64,000 nt of DNA from Salisapilia sapeloensis CBS 127946 (GCA_023334545.1 JAADVB010000006.1:108051-172050), one strand, 5' to 3'; positions 1 through 13,192 are shown, counted from the stretch's first letter. Made by a program: numbers and translations. Notes: generated from the sequence alone by a model not told the origin.

Positions 1-760
1 TGGCGGCGGACTCATCGCTGGTATCGCCGTCGCGGCCAAGACACTCGCTCCAAACGTCCAGATCATTGTACGTAATCCTACATCTTCGTCATCCTTCAAG
101 TACTAAAAGAGCCGGTAGGGAGTGGAGCCAGAGTTGTGCGCGAGCTTCACAGCCGCCTTGGAGGCAGACAAGCCAGTCCACGTAGAGTCGTCGCCAACGC
201 TAGCGGACGGATTGGCTGTGCCATGCATCGGCAGCAGGTCTTTCCAAGTTGCTAAACCACTTGTGGATAGAGTGGTCACCGTGTCGGAGAGATCCATCGC
301 TCTCAGTGTCCTTCGTCTCGTAGAGCAGGAGAAGATCATTGTCGAAGGAGGAGGTGCATGTGCCTTGGCTGCGCTCTTGGACGATAAGCTACCAGACCTT
401 AAGCATAAGCGTCTGGTGCTGCCGTTGTGTGGTGGTAACATCGACACACCAGTGCTCGGTCGCGTTATCGAGCGGGGCTTGGCGGCGGATGGTCGACTCG
501 TCCGCTTCGTCGCAACAGTGAGCGACTGGCCTGGCGGCATCGCTCAGTTGGCAAACTTGATGTGGGAGACTGGTGTGAGCGTGAAGGACATATATCATGA
601 ACGTGCGTGGGTGCATGCGAGTGTGTCGAATGTCGCGGTCAAGTGCGTCGTGGAAACCCAGTCTTACGATCATGGGATGGAACTCAAGAAGCATTTGGAG
701 AAGGCAGGATATCCGATCCAATGGGACGACTGCCATGACACGCAGCCAGTGGACATTTAG
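1..760 (+). CDS. ilvA: Threonine dehydratase/ammonia-lyase with C-terminal ACT domain, 5'-truncated by the window edge; intron ~68-118
   Basis: Spliced reading GGGLIAGIAVAAKTLAPNVQII|GVEPE; ADGLAV, IVEGGGA and LCGGNID motifs of PLP-dependent threonine dehydratases; C-terminal ACT-like segment (ATVSDWPGGIAQL...VVET); intron gtacgt...ccggtag. Confidence 0.92.
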
Positions 761-1098
761 GATATAGCAAGACACGGTCGGTGCGTGAATATCCTTTCGT
801 TTCTATGACAAGTTTCTTTCTTTGCGTTGCAACGGTACAAGATCCAACGGACCGACGAAAGGAATAGTAGATAGGAATGACGAACACGAACGACAAGCGA
901 AACATTGGCAAGGAGGATTTGCTGTATTAAAAAGGGGGGGTCAAGAAGAGAATTGGACTTGGATCTTGATATACATAAAGGAAAAGAAGAGCTTGTAACT
1001 CGAGAGCGGGTGGCGTGGACTCAATAAATAGACGAGAGGAATCCTCACGTCACCTAGACGAGCGCCCGAGGCTGCTGACATGTGACATCTGGAGACAA

Positions 1099-1830
1099 TT
1101 ACACATTCAGCTCATCCATCTCCGCGCTCTCTTCAGACGCCTCTGCAGAGGTAGAAAAGTTGACAATGTCCGCATCTTGCGAGGTCGAGTAGTCGTCCTG
1201 TAGGTCGTCCGAGACCAAATCCAACGTAATCGACGGAGATAAGTCGACCGATCGTTCTGGAAGGCCTTGGAAGTGCTTCAACTCGTGCTCGTCGTCAATG
1301 GGTGTCGAGGCAGCCGAGTGGGTATCATGGCCGTCTTCGTCGTCGCCTTCTTCCCCCGAACTTGGGGAGGCAGCGAAACTCGGAGGTGACTGTAGTAATG
1401 CGTCCTGGTCGACGGACTGGAGAATGCTATCGACGAGTGAGTGTCCGTCGACGTGCTCCTCCGGAGCAGCAAACATGACCGAGTTCATGACAGCGGCTTC
1501 GTCCTCTGCATCGGCCTGTTTAGCCATGAGTCGCTGGATCTCGCGCTGGATTTGTTCTCGTTCGACGGCAGCGTCGGCGTCGGACGGCGCACAGAACTTT
1601 TTGACACGCCCGGGGAGCAAGTGATCGACAAAGCTCGGGTCGACCGGGTCGTAGTAATAGCCGTCGCCAACTTTCCGTTTCCGACTTTCAAGCTTTTCAT
1701 CGAGGAAGGGCTGACGCCATTGCCACGGGCACTTCATGATGGACTGGTGACTCGACCTGGCTTGCATCTTGAGGGAGAAGTTCGAGAAGTGAGGTCTGTC
1801 CGTCCGTCTTTTGGCGGGTTGGCATCCCAC
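1099..1830 (-). CDS. Hypothetical protein with basic stretch (SRKRK) and acidic, low-complexity C-terminal half; true start uncertain (ATG near 1737 or 1767)
   Basis: 243-codon ORF with protein-like composition, convergent on the dehydratase; no family motif recognised. Confidence 0.6.
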   Translation of the reverse strand: MGCQPAKRRTDRPHFSNFSLKMQARSSHQSIMKCPWQWRQPFLDEKLESRKRKVGDGYYYDPVDPSFVDHLLPGRVKKFCAPSDADAAVEREQIQREIQRLMAKQADAEDEAAVMNSVMFAAPEEHVDGHSLVDSILQSVDQDALLQSPPSFAASPSSGEEGDDEDGHDTHSAASTPIDDEHELKHFQGLPERSVDLSPSITLDLVSDDLQDDYSTSQDADIVNFSTSAEASEESAEMDELNV

Positions 1831-2176
1831 TTCTCAGAAAAAAAAGCTCGCGGTATACAAAAATCGATATAAAACACCAGATGGGACCTTTCGCAGCCAT
1901 TCAAAGGCTTGGTAGTCTCCACCAGTCAAACTGGCCTTCGGGGACGGGGAGAAAACATTGGGCAATAGATATGTAACGTCACACCGTTTGTGCTGACTTG
2001 TTGCTGTATGATAGCGGATAGAGGTGGGTGGAAAGGTGCATGCGCTACGTGGGTAGAGGAGCTTATAAAGATACGAGACTGCATGAAACGACTTTCAGAA
2101 GCGTTGGGACACATGTAGTAGAGATGCACTCGGAAATGTCCTGTTCAAGAGATCTTGAAACGTCCTTGTAACTTGG

Positions 2177-5100
2177 ATGGCCGATCGGATCACGCGACAT
2201 TGGGACATGGATCTACAGGCGTTTGTGGATGCCAAGCTCGACGAGCACTTCCGGACCTTTGACTCGGACATCGTTGCGCAGTATGGACTCACCAGGAACA
2301 GACATGGCGAATCAGATGAAACAGTGGTGGAAGAAATTGGTGCAGTGCGAGAGCAGACAGATACGATCCACCAGACATCGCTCATGATGGACCGCATTCA
2401 CCGTAGTCTGCAAGTGGAAATGGACGCCCGATCCGTGTTGGCGGAAAGACAAATCGCAGCATTATTGCAGCTGAGTAAAAGCACATCGGAAGATCTTGAT
2501 CAAACGCGAGCGGATCTGAACGCGAGCGACCGGCAGCTCCAAACTTTCTTCCACAATCAGAGTAACTTGGAACAAGAACTGCTGTCTCAACGACAGTTAT
2601 TCCAGCATCTGCAAGCGTCTATAGAGACCGAGAAGATATGGCGAATGCAGGCTGAAAATCAAATGAATGAAATGAAACAAATGATCGCGTCATGGAAAGA
2701 TGCAGAGTCGTATCAATCTCAAATAGACGAGCTTGCACGAGAGAGACAATTGACAAAACGACAAGTAGAGGCATCTGTGGAACAAATAAATGACACTTTA
2801 CGTAAAGAGATTGCAAATGTGTATGAACAAGTCAACGCTATGAAAAACATGGTTCACGAGGCTACTGTCCATGACGCGACACAAACGGTATCTTCGTCAG
2901 TATACCAGAGAGATGAGCAGGAAGCCGCAATGCATGAGCAATTAGATCTCTTCCGGGAAAACATGAAAAGCTCTATAGAAGAATTGATCACAAATAAAAC
3001 GCAATGTCTTCGTCTGGAACTCCAGACGCTGTCCTCTGACACTAGCAAAAGTATATATGAGCTTGAAGGCAAGCTACGGGCTGAAGTAGCATCAGCTTCC
3101 ACTGAAAATGGTGCCCGTATCCGAGCAATTGAGACCAACATCGAAACCAAGATAGAGAAGCAATTGGAAATGCAAAAGACTCAAGTAAACAACAAGCTTC
3201 TAGAGATGCAGAAATCATTGTTGTTAGAACTAGAAGAGAAAGCGACAGAATGGAAAGCCAAGTATAGTGGACTGCTGGAGACGCAGAAGTCGATATCATC
3301 GGCTGTAGAAGAGAAAGCGATGGAATTAAAAGCTAAGTACAGTGGACTGCAAGAGTTACTGGAAACTGAGAAATTGGATCGAAAACGTAACGTGGATACT
3401 TGCCTTGATACGATTCAGGAAAATCGACGCTCGCTAGAGACTCAACTCGAAACGAAATGGAGAGAGGAGAAGGAAGGACGAATAGAGTCTATTGATAAGG
3501 TAATGAATGAGATAAATTCTCGTATCAGAGACATTCTCACTTCACTTCTCCATAATCACAAATCCGAGATGGAGACATTGGTAACCTTCTCGAAGCAACA
3601 AGTTGATGGTCATTTAGACTCAGTGTTTAGCAAGCTGAAATCGATATCAAACACTGTTCAGGAGATTAGCGAGGTTGTTGACACAGGAAAAATGAGTAGC
3701 ACCACTGCAGAGATACAAGAGAGTGGCAACACAGCGAAGATCGAAGAGATGTTCGCGAATATCTTGTCTCAAATGCAGTCTCAATGGTCGACTCAGCTAC
3801 AGATGCAAACCCAGATGACTGGGCATTCTGAAGCTAGCAGAGCTATGTTAAGTTCTGATCGTCATATCCCTCAACTCCCGCCACCAGATCCTACCGCTAT
3901 CAATGGCACAGAGAAGGATAAGTCGATCAAAGAAATCAATCAAGTGAAGCCCCTTGCAGGGAACGAGGAACAAGGAAGTTTGCCGAGCAATCGTGTACAT
4001 ATTAAAGTTGATCCTGTCTTGACACCTCTTTCTACAACAGCGAGTAGGACCGATAGATCGAGTAATAATCATACCTGGAAACAGGAAGATCTCTTAACCA
4101 AAGCTATTAACGGCATACCAGCGCATCACAACGAGGTCGTAAAGAACAAGTCCGAAACAAGTGAGGCACCAAATAAAACAGTAGTATCAAGACCGATGAG
4201 TGTAACCAGTGACATATCGCACCCTGACTTAAAGGCACATGTCAAAACTTCAAGTGAATCACCACAATCAGCTCTCCAGCGTATCCTAGGCCAAAATGTA
4301 GAAAACGAAAGCAAACATGCTCAAGAGAAGCATGAGGAGGCTCCAATTAATAGAGAAGCCGAGGATACAGAAATTCTTGTATCAAGTGGTACAAAAGCAG
4401 ATATTGAAAGCTCCGATGAAGAGCCTGATGCTAGTTCAAGTGTAGATGAAAACGAAGTGACTACTGAACCAACCTTGAAATGTACGTATTGCGACTTTGA
4501 TATGCCGAGAAGTGAGCACGCAGCACATGAACACATGTGCGGAAGTACACTAAAGCAATGTCCTCATTGCTTACGACGGCAAAAGGTATATAGAGATCTA
4601 TGTTCGTCACATGCGCCTCAATTAACGCTTAAAGTGGTTTTGCATAGATGGCAGATCTCCAAGCGCATATTGATGAGTGCGATTGTCGTCTGGTTTCTTG
4701 TCCAAGTGGATGTGGTGGCAAGTTCTTAAAACGAGGGATTCCAGCCCATTTGACTCGGTGTCCAAAGAAGCAGCATGTAGAAACAGATACATTCCAAAGA
4801 CGATCTTCAGCACCGTCATCAGCGCCGGTATACCAATCGTCAAGTAACTCCACGAATCAAGGAGCAAAGCCGTTGATGGAGCCAAAAACTGATGATAAAC
4901 CAACGATGATTGAATGCAAGTTCTGTGATGAAGAAATTCCAGGTTCCCAAATCCTTTCGCATGAGAAAACTTGCGATTGGAAACCTAGTCGTTGCCAGCA
5001 TTGCTCGATGGTAATCATTACAAGAGATCTATTGCGCCACGAAGCGATGTGTCAGTCGACTGTAAAGAAGTGCAGCCATTGCCATGAGCAATTTACACCA

Positions 5101-5949
5101 AAGGAATTGACTTTGCACATGCCAAGCTGTCCAAAAAGACCCATTAAGTGCATTCGATGTCTTCAGCAGTTTCCTGCGGATGGGATTGTCGATCACGCCA
5201 AGACATGCGCTTATGCAGCATCAAGCACTACTCAACCAAGCAGGACAAGCGATACAGCTGTCTCTTTTAACTCACTTCAGCCTGCCAGAAGCCCACCACC
5301 CCCGCCTGCTTACCCTCCACCATCAAATGCAATGTCAGCATCTCAGAAAAAGGAGGAACATGAAGACGAGGACCACCTTCCACCAGACCAAGGTATATAG
5401 ATGTAGGCTACAAGCTCATGGCTCCTTAATTCTTGTATACTATCAACTTGTAGTTATCTCCGAATGGACTGTTGGCAACGTCTTATCGTGGTTAAAAGAC
5501 GATGTTGGTCTGCCTCAGGTCGCGGTAAGCTGCACCCATCCTAACCACCTCATCGAAAACGCATTAAAACATAATGATCATATTGCTGTAGGAAGCATTC
5601 GAGCGTATGAGATGTACAGGCGACATGCTTCTGCAGCTTACTGAGGCTGATCTCATGCGCACCTATGGAATATCCAACGCAGCGTACCGACAGCACATTC
5701 TAAGCGCAATTGAAGCAATCAAGAGCGACGACGAACTCGTTAGTGAAGACAATTCGGACGAAGAGCACAATGATAAAGACGAATCACGTAAGAGTCTCAC
5801 ATGAACCCAGCATCTCCAAAGTCTCATTCTATAGTAACCAGCCGATACACCCCTCACTCCACGACCAGCGAAACCTCTCGGTAACCTTCCACCGTCAAGT
5901 GCCCTCGTACTACCTCTTCCTTGACCAAGCATACAATTCCACCATCTAA
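2177..5949 (+). CDS. Multi-exon protein: long coiled coil, tandem TRAF-type zinc fingers, C-terminal SAM domain; 3' end uncertain (~5880-5950)
   Basis: ORFs 2177-4729, 4648-5400 and SAM fragments join through GT-AG introns; repeated CxxC...HxxxC units (CTYC..HEHMC, CPSGC..HLTRC, CKFC..HEKTC, CQHC..HEAMC, CSHC..HMPSC, CIRC..HAKTC); SAM-like WTVGNVLSWLKDDVGLPQVA|EAFERMRCTGDMLLQLTEADLMRTYGI. Confidence 0.8.
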
Positions 5950-6152
5950 CAAGACACTTAGCTCCGGCGAATGAACAGTGCACTCTCGGTAGAAGGCAGT
6001 GCAAGTACCTGGCGCTAGACCTATATATACATAGACCTTCCTATAGGCCAGCTACAAATTAAAATCGTACTTAATAGAGAGTCTTGGCTTTTGTAAGTCT
6101 TCTCTTCCAACCCGAAAAACGGCTCGATTAGATCTTCCGTGTCACGAACGCC

Positions 6153-9100
6153 ATGGAGGAACCCAACCAGCTAGAGCAAGATGCGAGTTTCATGGACAAG
6201 TACAGTCGGCAAATTGGTGCCTTTGGTATGGAAACCATGGCCAAGGTACATTTCATCTTTCTTACTTTTATTCTTTTATCCGAATGGATAAAATCATTTG
6301 TATGGAATTATATCGATGCTCATGTCCGACCTCTTGTCTCTGTAGCTCGTAAAGCTGCGTGTACTCATCGTTGGTATGCGTGGTGTCGGTGTTGAATGTG
6401 CTAAGAACCTCATTCTCGCTGGTCCTGGAGCTATCACACTCTACGATGGTGAGTCGTTTGCTTCTAAGTGTTTGAATGGTCCTTTTGACGCTGTACACTT
6501 GTAGACGGCTTAACCGAAATGAAGGATCTTGGAACCAACTTTTTCCTGACGGAACAAGACGTTGGTCGACCTCGTGCGGATGCTGTCGCCCACAAGGTTC
6601 GTCTACTTGGCTAAAATTATTATTAGACAGTTTTTACTTCTTCTTTCTATTTAGTTGGCCGAACTGAACAAGATGGTGTCGCTATCGACACACCAGGGTG
6701 AATTGACGGAAGACGTGGTAAAGTCTCATAATGTCGTCGTGTTCACAAACACGTCTCGACAGGAATTGCTGCGTTGGAACCGCTTCTGTCGACAGCAGAG
6801 TCCTCAGATCGGGTTCATCATGTGTGATGTTCGTGGTGCCATGGGCTCTGCCTTCACGGACTTTGGCGACAAGTTCATGTGCCACGACGCAACGGGTGAA
6901 GCACCGATCACACGCATCATCACGGACATTACGAACGATTCTGACGGAGTCGTCACGCTCCTCGGTCCAGACGAGAATGGTCGAATGCACGAAATGCCAG
7001 ACTCGGACCACGACGGATGGGTTGAAATCAGTGATGTCGACGGTATGCGTCTCGAATCGGACTCTTCCCAGTCGATCAACTCGAGCGGTCCTCGACGCAT
7101 TCAATTCGCGACTAAGAAGATGTTCCGGAATGGAAAGCAAGTCGATGTCTTCGATCCGTATCGACTGAAGATCGGAGACACATCGGCATTTACACCTTAT
7201 GAAGGTGGTGGTGTCTTGACACAATACAAGAAACCGTTCGCGATGGAATTCCAGTCGCTAGAGCAGATGCTCGCGAATCCCGTGCCACCAGGTGACTTTG
7301 GTCTCATGTTCACGGATGGCGCCAAGTTCGGACGAGCAGAGCAGCTGCATGTCGCTGTGTGGAGTATCATGGAGTTTGAAAACCGATACGGGTATCTCCC
7401 TGAGCCGCATAACGAACAACACGCGTCCGAAGTGCTAGACATTGCCAAGGGCGGCATCCAGCACTTGTCAGACACGACGCGATCCACCGGCCAGGAGCCT
7501 TTCCGTGTAGAAGAACTTGATGAAGGTGTGGTGAAGAACGCTGCCTTGTACTGCGCTATCGAGCTACAGCCGCTCGCAGCCTTCTACGGCGGCATCGTCG
7601 CGCAGGAAGTGGTTAAGTTCACGGGTAAGTTCACGCCGATGAAGCAATGGCTTCACTTGGATGCTTTCGAAGTGCTTCCGGAGAAACCTCCGACGGATGC
7701 ACAGCCGATGCAGTCTCGTTATGACCATACGATTACCATGTTCGGTCGTGATTTCCAGCAAAAGATGGGAGACGTTCATACGTTCCTCGTCGGATGTGGA
7801 GCCCTCGGTTGTGAATACCTTAAGAACTTTGCCATGCTCGGTCTTGCGTGTGGTCCGAATGGGCTCGTGACGGTCACTGATAACGATCGTATTGAAGTGA
7901 GTAACTTGAACCGTCAATTCCTCTTCCGAGAGCATAATGTCGGGCAACCTAAATCCGTTGCTGCGACGAATGCCGTGAAGCAGATGAACGCTGGGCTACG
8001 TGTTAAGGCACTGGAACAGCTCGTGGCGACGCATACTGAGTCGACTTTCAATGATGATTTCTGGACGAGCTTGGATGTCGTGACGAATGCACTGGATAAT
8101 GTCAAAGCACGCAAGTACGTCGATGGCAAGTGTGTCTTCTACAAGCTGCCGTTGCTAGAGAGCGGGACGTTAGGAACGAAATGTAACGTCCAAGTGGTGA
8201 TCCCGTACAAGACGCAGAGCTACTCGGACGGCCCGGCAGATGCAGATGATGATAACATTCCTATGTGCACGCTCCGAAACTTTCCGTCATTGATCGAACA
8301 CTGCATCGAGTGGGCTCGAGCGCAGTTCACGGACTGGTTCACGGCGCCTATTGCCGATGCGCAGAACTTTGTTCAGGATCGACAGGGGTACTTGGACAAG
8401 GTGCGCAAGTCAACGGTTGAAAATAAGGATCCGAGGACGGCGATGCAGGCGACGGTCATGGAGTTGGATCGGTTGCGACAGCTAAAGAAGACGTTGCATA
8501 TCGCCAAGGGCATTACGTTTGATACGTGCATGCAAATGGCGGTTGACTTGTTGCGTTCGAATTTCCGTGATCGTATCTTGCAGTTGATTCATAACTTTCC
8601 TGAAGATCACATGACGGATGCTGGCGAGAGGTTCTGGTCCGGTGCCAAGCGTTTCCCGACTGCGATTGATAAATTCGATCCGGAAGATCCGCTGCATCTC
8701 GAGTTCGTTCGATCTGTTGCGAATATCTTGGCTGTATGCTACGGTCTGTATCCGCCACCGGAAGACAAGTTGGTACCAGAAGACTCTGAGTGGCGACAGC
8801 CGACGACGTACGAGAAGTTTGCCGACGTGGCGTCGTTCCCAGAGTGGACACCTTCGGATGAGAAGATTGCAGCGGATACAGAAGAGCTGAAGAAGATGGA
8901 AGAGGAGAAATTAAGCAGCTCTTCGGATTCCGAGAAGAGAGAGTTGGAGAAATTGCTCAAGGAACTCGAAGCAGTCGATCTACAGGACGTCGCGTTCGAG
9001 CCAGCTGACTTTGAGAAGGATCAGGACATGAACTTCCACATTGACTTTGTCTACGCTGCTGCCAATTTACGCGCGAGTAACTACAAGATCCGTCAAGCGT

Positions 9101-9738
9101 CTCGCCATAAGTGCAAGATGATCGCTGGTAAGATCATCCCGGCGATTGCTACCACGACGGCGAGTGTCACTGGTCTCGCGATGCTCGAGATGCTCAAGCT
9201 GCTGCAGAAGAAGGACTTAGATGCGTTTAAGGATTCTAGTAATTCGTTGGCGTTAAATATGTACTTGATGCAGGAACCAGCGGAGGCGGAGAAGGCCAAG
9301 GATGAGTACGACTTTGTCGAAATGTCCGAAGTCAAGTGCAAGCCGCCGGGATTTACCAAGTGGGACTCGACGTACCTCGAATTGTCGTCGGAAGCGACGC
9401 TGTCGGACTTTTTGAATGCTTTTAAAGATAAGACAGGTTTGAACTGCACGCTTCTCTTCCATGATGTGGCGGAAGCGAGCGCGGATGAAGAAGCGTCGAC
9501 GTCGGATCCGAGGTACAAGGCTGTGAGCGGGCAGATGTTGTACGACCGATCGGCGTTCTCAGAAAAGTTGAAAACTCTGTTTAATGCGAAACTGCATGAA
9601 CCGTTGCGTGCGTGGGTCGAGACGCGTTACGAGGGTCTAGTCGATACGAGTCGACCGTACATTGAGCTCCAGTCGTCGTGTGAAGATGATGACGGACAGG
9701 CCTACAAGGTTCCGGTCGTCGTCTGCAAATTCATCTAG
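6153..9738 (+). CDS. UBA1: Ubiquitin-activating enzyme E1, multi-exon
   Basis: YSRQIGAFG; spliced VLIVGMRGVGVECAKNLILAG; active adenylation domain LVGCGALGCE..DNDRIEVSNLNRQFLFR; catalytic IPMCTLRNFP; FEKDQDMNFHIDF; IAGKIIPAIATTTA. Confidence 0.97.
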
Positions 9739-9921
9739 ATCTACTGACGATACCAAGCACGAGGCTAAAGGCTGAAGGCTAAAGGCTTTGAGAATACAAA
9801 CACGTATCGATTGAAAAAGTGCTTGAAAGTTATCTTGATTGTAGGTTGACTATAGGTTGTGTGTGACGGTACCAAATGCAGACTATGGATACAGTCAAAA
9901 GGTGAGTGGCCAATAGACAGG

Positions 9922-11795
9922 ATGGATGACATCGAGGACATAATTAATGAAGAGGAGTTGCAGCGGTCGGCTGTGGAGCTTTCCAGGACACCGATGGTAC
10001 CTCCAAAAGCGGCTGCCAAGGTGGAGGTAGAAGAAGATGCCTCTGAGGTCGGTAAGAGTGTTCCTGGCACGGAAGCGATTTGGTACAGTCTGATGGATAT
10101 GCCGTGTATTATCTTTTACTGATAAGCACATAGGCTCAAGACGTTTGGCTGCTCGCATAACGTCAGTGATAGCGAGTATATGCAAGGGGTTTTAGCGAGC
10201 TATGGTTATCGTTTTACAACGAACCCATCGGATGCCCAATTATGGTATAATACCATTTTCTATACGAAGCGTACATGCATCTAATACGTTATATGGACAG
10301 GCTTTTAAATAGCTGCACGGTCAAAGATCCATCTGAAGCAGCGTTCATGCATCTCGTGACCAAAGCCAAGAATCAGGGCAAAGGCATTGTTGTCGCAGGC
10401 TGTGTACCGCAGGCAGATCGACAAATTAAAGGATTGGAAGGCGTTAGTATCGTCGGTATCCAGCAAGTGGACCGTGTCGTGGAAGTGGTGGAAGAGACTT
10501 TAAAAGGACATACAGTTCGCTTATTGTCTCGATCTGGACTACCAAAGCTAGATTTGCCTAAAATTCGGAAAAACCCGAGTGTAGAAATCATTCCGCTAAG
10601 CACTGGATGTCTAGGTGCCTGCACCTACTGTCGAACACGCCATGCTCGTGGGAAATTAGGTAGCTACGCACCGGAAGCCATTGTCCAGAGAGCGCAAAGT
10701 GTCATTGACGAAGGTGTGACGGAGATTTGGTTGTCTAGTGAAGACACTGGAGCGTACGGCTTGGACATTGGGACCACTCTCCCGGAGCTCTTGTGGAAGA
10801 TCATTGACGTTCTGCCGGATGGAGTCATGCTACGCGTGGGTATGACGAATCCTCCGTACATTCTAGACCACTTGGACGCCATTGCGCAGGTGCTTAACCA
10901 TCCAAGTGTGTACGCTTTCCTCCATGTCCCGGTACAATCCGGAAGCAATGAAGTGTTGACGAACATGTATCGAGAGTACACGGTAGAAGAGTTTAGTCAA
11001 GTAGCAGACTACCTTTTAGCTCATGTTCCGAAGATGACACTTGCGACGGATATCATCTGTGGATTCCCAGGTGAGACGGAAGAGCAGTTTGAAGAGACGA
11101 TGCAACTCGTGGAAAAGTATCGTTTCCATATTATGAACATCTCGCAATTCTACCCTCGACCAGGCACACCTGCTGCCAAGATGAAGCGCGTACCGACGCA
11201 AGTCGTGAAGAATCGTAGTCGTCGATTGACAAAGCTTTTTGAAACGTTCGATCCGTATCCTTACTTTGTCAGTACGACGCAGAAAGTGTGGGTGAATACA
11301 GAGACGTCGGACGATGGGAAGTACACGGTCGGACATACAAAAAACTTTACAAAGGTCTTGATGCAGAGAGATGACTCGCTCATCGGGTGCTCAGCTCAAG
11401 TGAAAATCACGAGCGCTTCGAGGTTCCACATCAGTGGTGAAGTTGTCTCCCGATCGGAACCACCAACGAGGGCTGCGTGTGTCGTCCGAGATGAAATCCG
11501 GACGCATGGTCGAGACTCTCAAAAGAACAAAGTTCCAGTGAAAGTCGAGTCCAAGTCGACGGATGAGCTTTCGAATGACTGTTGTGGAGATGATTGTTGT
11601 GGAAGTTGCGATAGTCAACCAGCACAAGAGGATGTGAAGAAGCCTTCGACTGCGTCTAGTTGGATACAAAAGGCAAGTATCAAATGTCAGGAAGTTTGGA
11701 ACGACAAGGTGGCTTTAGCTGCTTTCGCGACAGTCGTGGCATCTACTACGCTAGTGACTATTCGAATGTTCCAACTAAGTCGTTCGAGCAGTTAA
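9922..11795 (+). CDS. CDKAL1: tRNA t6A methylthiotransferase (CDKAL1/e-MtaB), radical SAM, with C-terminal membrane anchor; introns ~10083-10133 and ~10246-10300
   Basis: Spliced LKTFGCSHNVSDSEYM and LLNSCTVK; GCVPQ; radical-SAM GCLGACTYC; RVGMTNP; HVPVQSGS; TDIICGFPGET; SQFYPRPGTPA; TRAM region; hydrophobic C-terminal helix. Confidence 0.95.
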
Positions 11796-12067
11796 GATGG
11801 AAAGAGATCTAATGAAGACATTTTGACTGGCAGCATGGCGTATATTCCATTCTAGCTAGAGCTTCCTAGGGCTTAACAAAGTGCAGTCATCATGTGATTC
11901 GTGGTAATTACTTAAAAGACACGTAATTCGTCACTAAAACCTATCGCTGTATCGTACTAATCTCGACGTCCCACACCGTCGTGCTTGGAAGTGAGCTTTT
12001 AAGAGCGCGTTGGAGGAAGAGAGTAGGCATTGGTACAAGTGAGAAAGAGGTGCCTGTAGTAGCAGCG

Positions 12068-13192
12068 ATGGGGACTGCCGTGTCGATGCTGCTCTTCCAG
12101 CCACCACCGCCGTCGTACGGTTTCAAACGTCACTATATGTGCCTCAGTACACCGGTCTACAGCCGCATCTCGGCCTTTTACATCTCCAACCCGTAATACC
12201 TTATTGACATTCTTTATGACGATTTGACGTCTCAATGACATTACCATGTCATCGATACATCGTGCAGATCCGCGCAGTACACCATCCTCTTCTCACATGG
12301 CAATGCTGAAGGTAGAAGCTCTTACAATTCCCTTTTACTTCTACTCATGTACTACGAACAGATCTTGGCATGATTTACGACTGGTTTCGGATCATTAGTC
12401 GACGATTAGAAGTAGATCATCTATATGTCTATATAATATCTAGTAGTTACAACTAATCTTCGACTGGAATGACGCAGGTGAATGTCATGGCATACGACTA
12501 TCCAGGCTACGGCACGAGTGAAGGTGAACCGAGTGAAGAGAGCTGCTATGCTGCCGCTGATGCAGCGCTCAATTACCTCGTTTCGAATAAGAAGACGCCT
12601 CCGTCACGCATTATTCTGTACTCTATTCCTATACGACGTATCATGCCTTTGCTAATCACATACATAGGTACGGTCGATCACTTGGATCTGGACCAACGAC
12701 GTACATCGCGTCTAATCAGTCCGTGAAAGAGGATCCGGTGGCTGGTGTCATCCTCCAGAGTCCACTACTCTCTGTCTTTCGAGTCGCGTTCAACTTTAGG
12801 TTCACGCTGCCAGGCGACATGTTCTGCAACATCGATCGGATTGACCAGATCACATCGCCTGTTACGATCATCCACGGGACTCGAGATGAAGTCGTTCCGT
12901 TTTGGCATGGAGAAGAACTCTTTGAAGCGTCTCGACAAGAGTGGAGGTCGAAACCAATGTGGGTTGTCGATGCCGGACATAACAATATCGAGGCGCATTT
13001 GAGGTACTTGCATACGTATCAACTTTTTATGCGAAGGTGTAAGTAGATGGATATAGTGAGCTTGGAGATGAGTTCTTTTTGCATTTGAAGGACTTTGTCC
13101 GGATCTGTGATGAGACGGCCAAGATACGGAAACAAGATGCTTTGGATTGGGCACAAGAGTGCGCACAAGTCAAGATAAATGGTAGTAACTAG
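12068..13192 (+). CDS. ABHD17: ABHD17-family alpha/beta hydrolase (depalmitoylase-like), multi-exon
   Basis: Spliced motifs TILFSHGNAEDLG, NVMAYDYPGYGTSEGEPSE, YGRSLGSGP (catalytic Ser), ILQSPLLS, IIHGTRDEVVPFWHG, AGHNNIE. Confidence 0.9.

Noticed and set aside
520-545. ACT motif DWPGG instead of the usual DRPG in threonine dehydratase
   Set aside because: Single-base difference that could be polymorphism or error; effect not assessable.
6682-9518. Many antisense and alternate-frame ORFs within the E1 gene
   Set aside because: Fully nested in a well-supported CDS; no independent signal.
9762-9789. Four imperfect aggct(a/g)a heptamers downstream of UBA1
   Set aside because: Too short and degenerate; ordinary microsatellite-like sequence.
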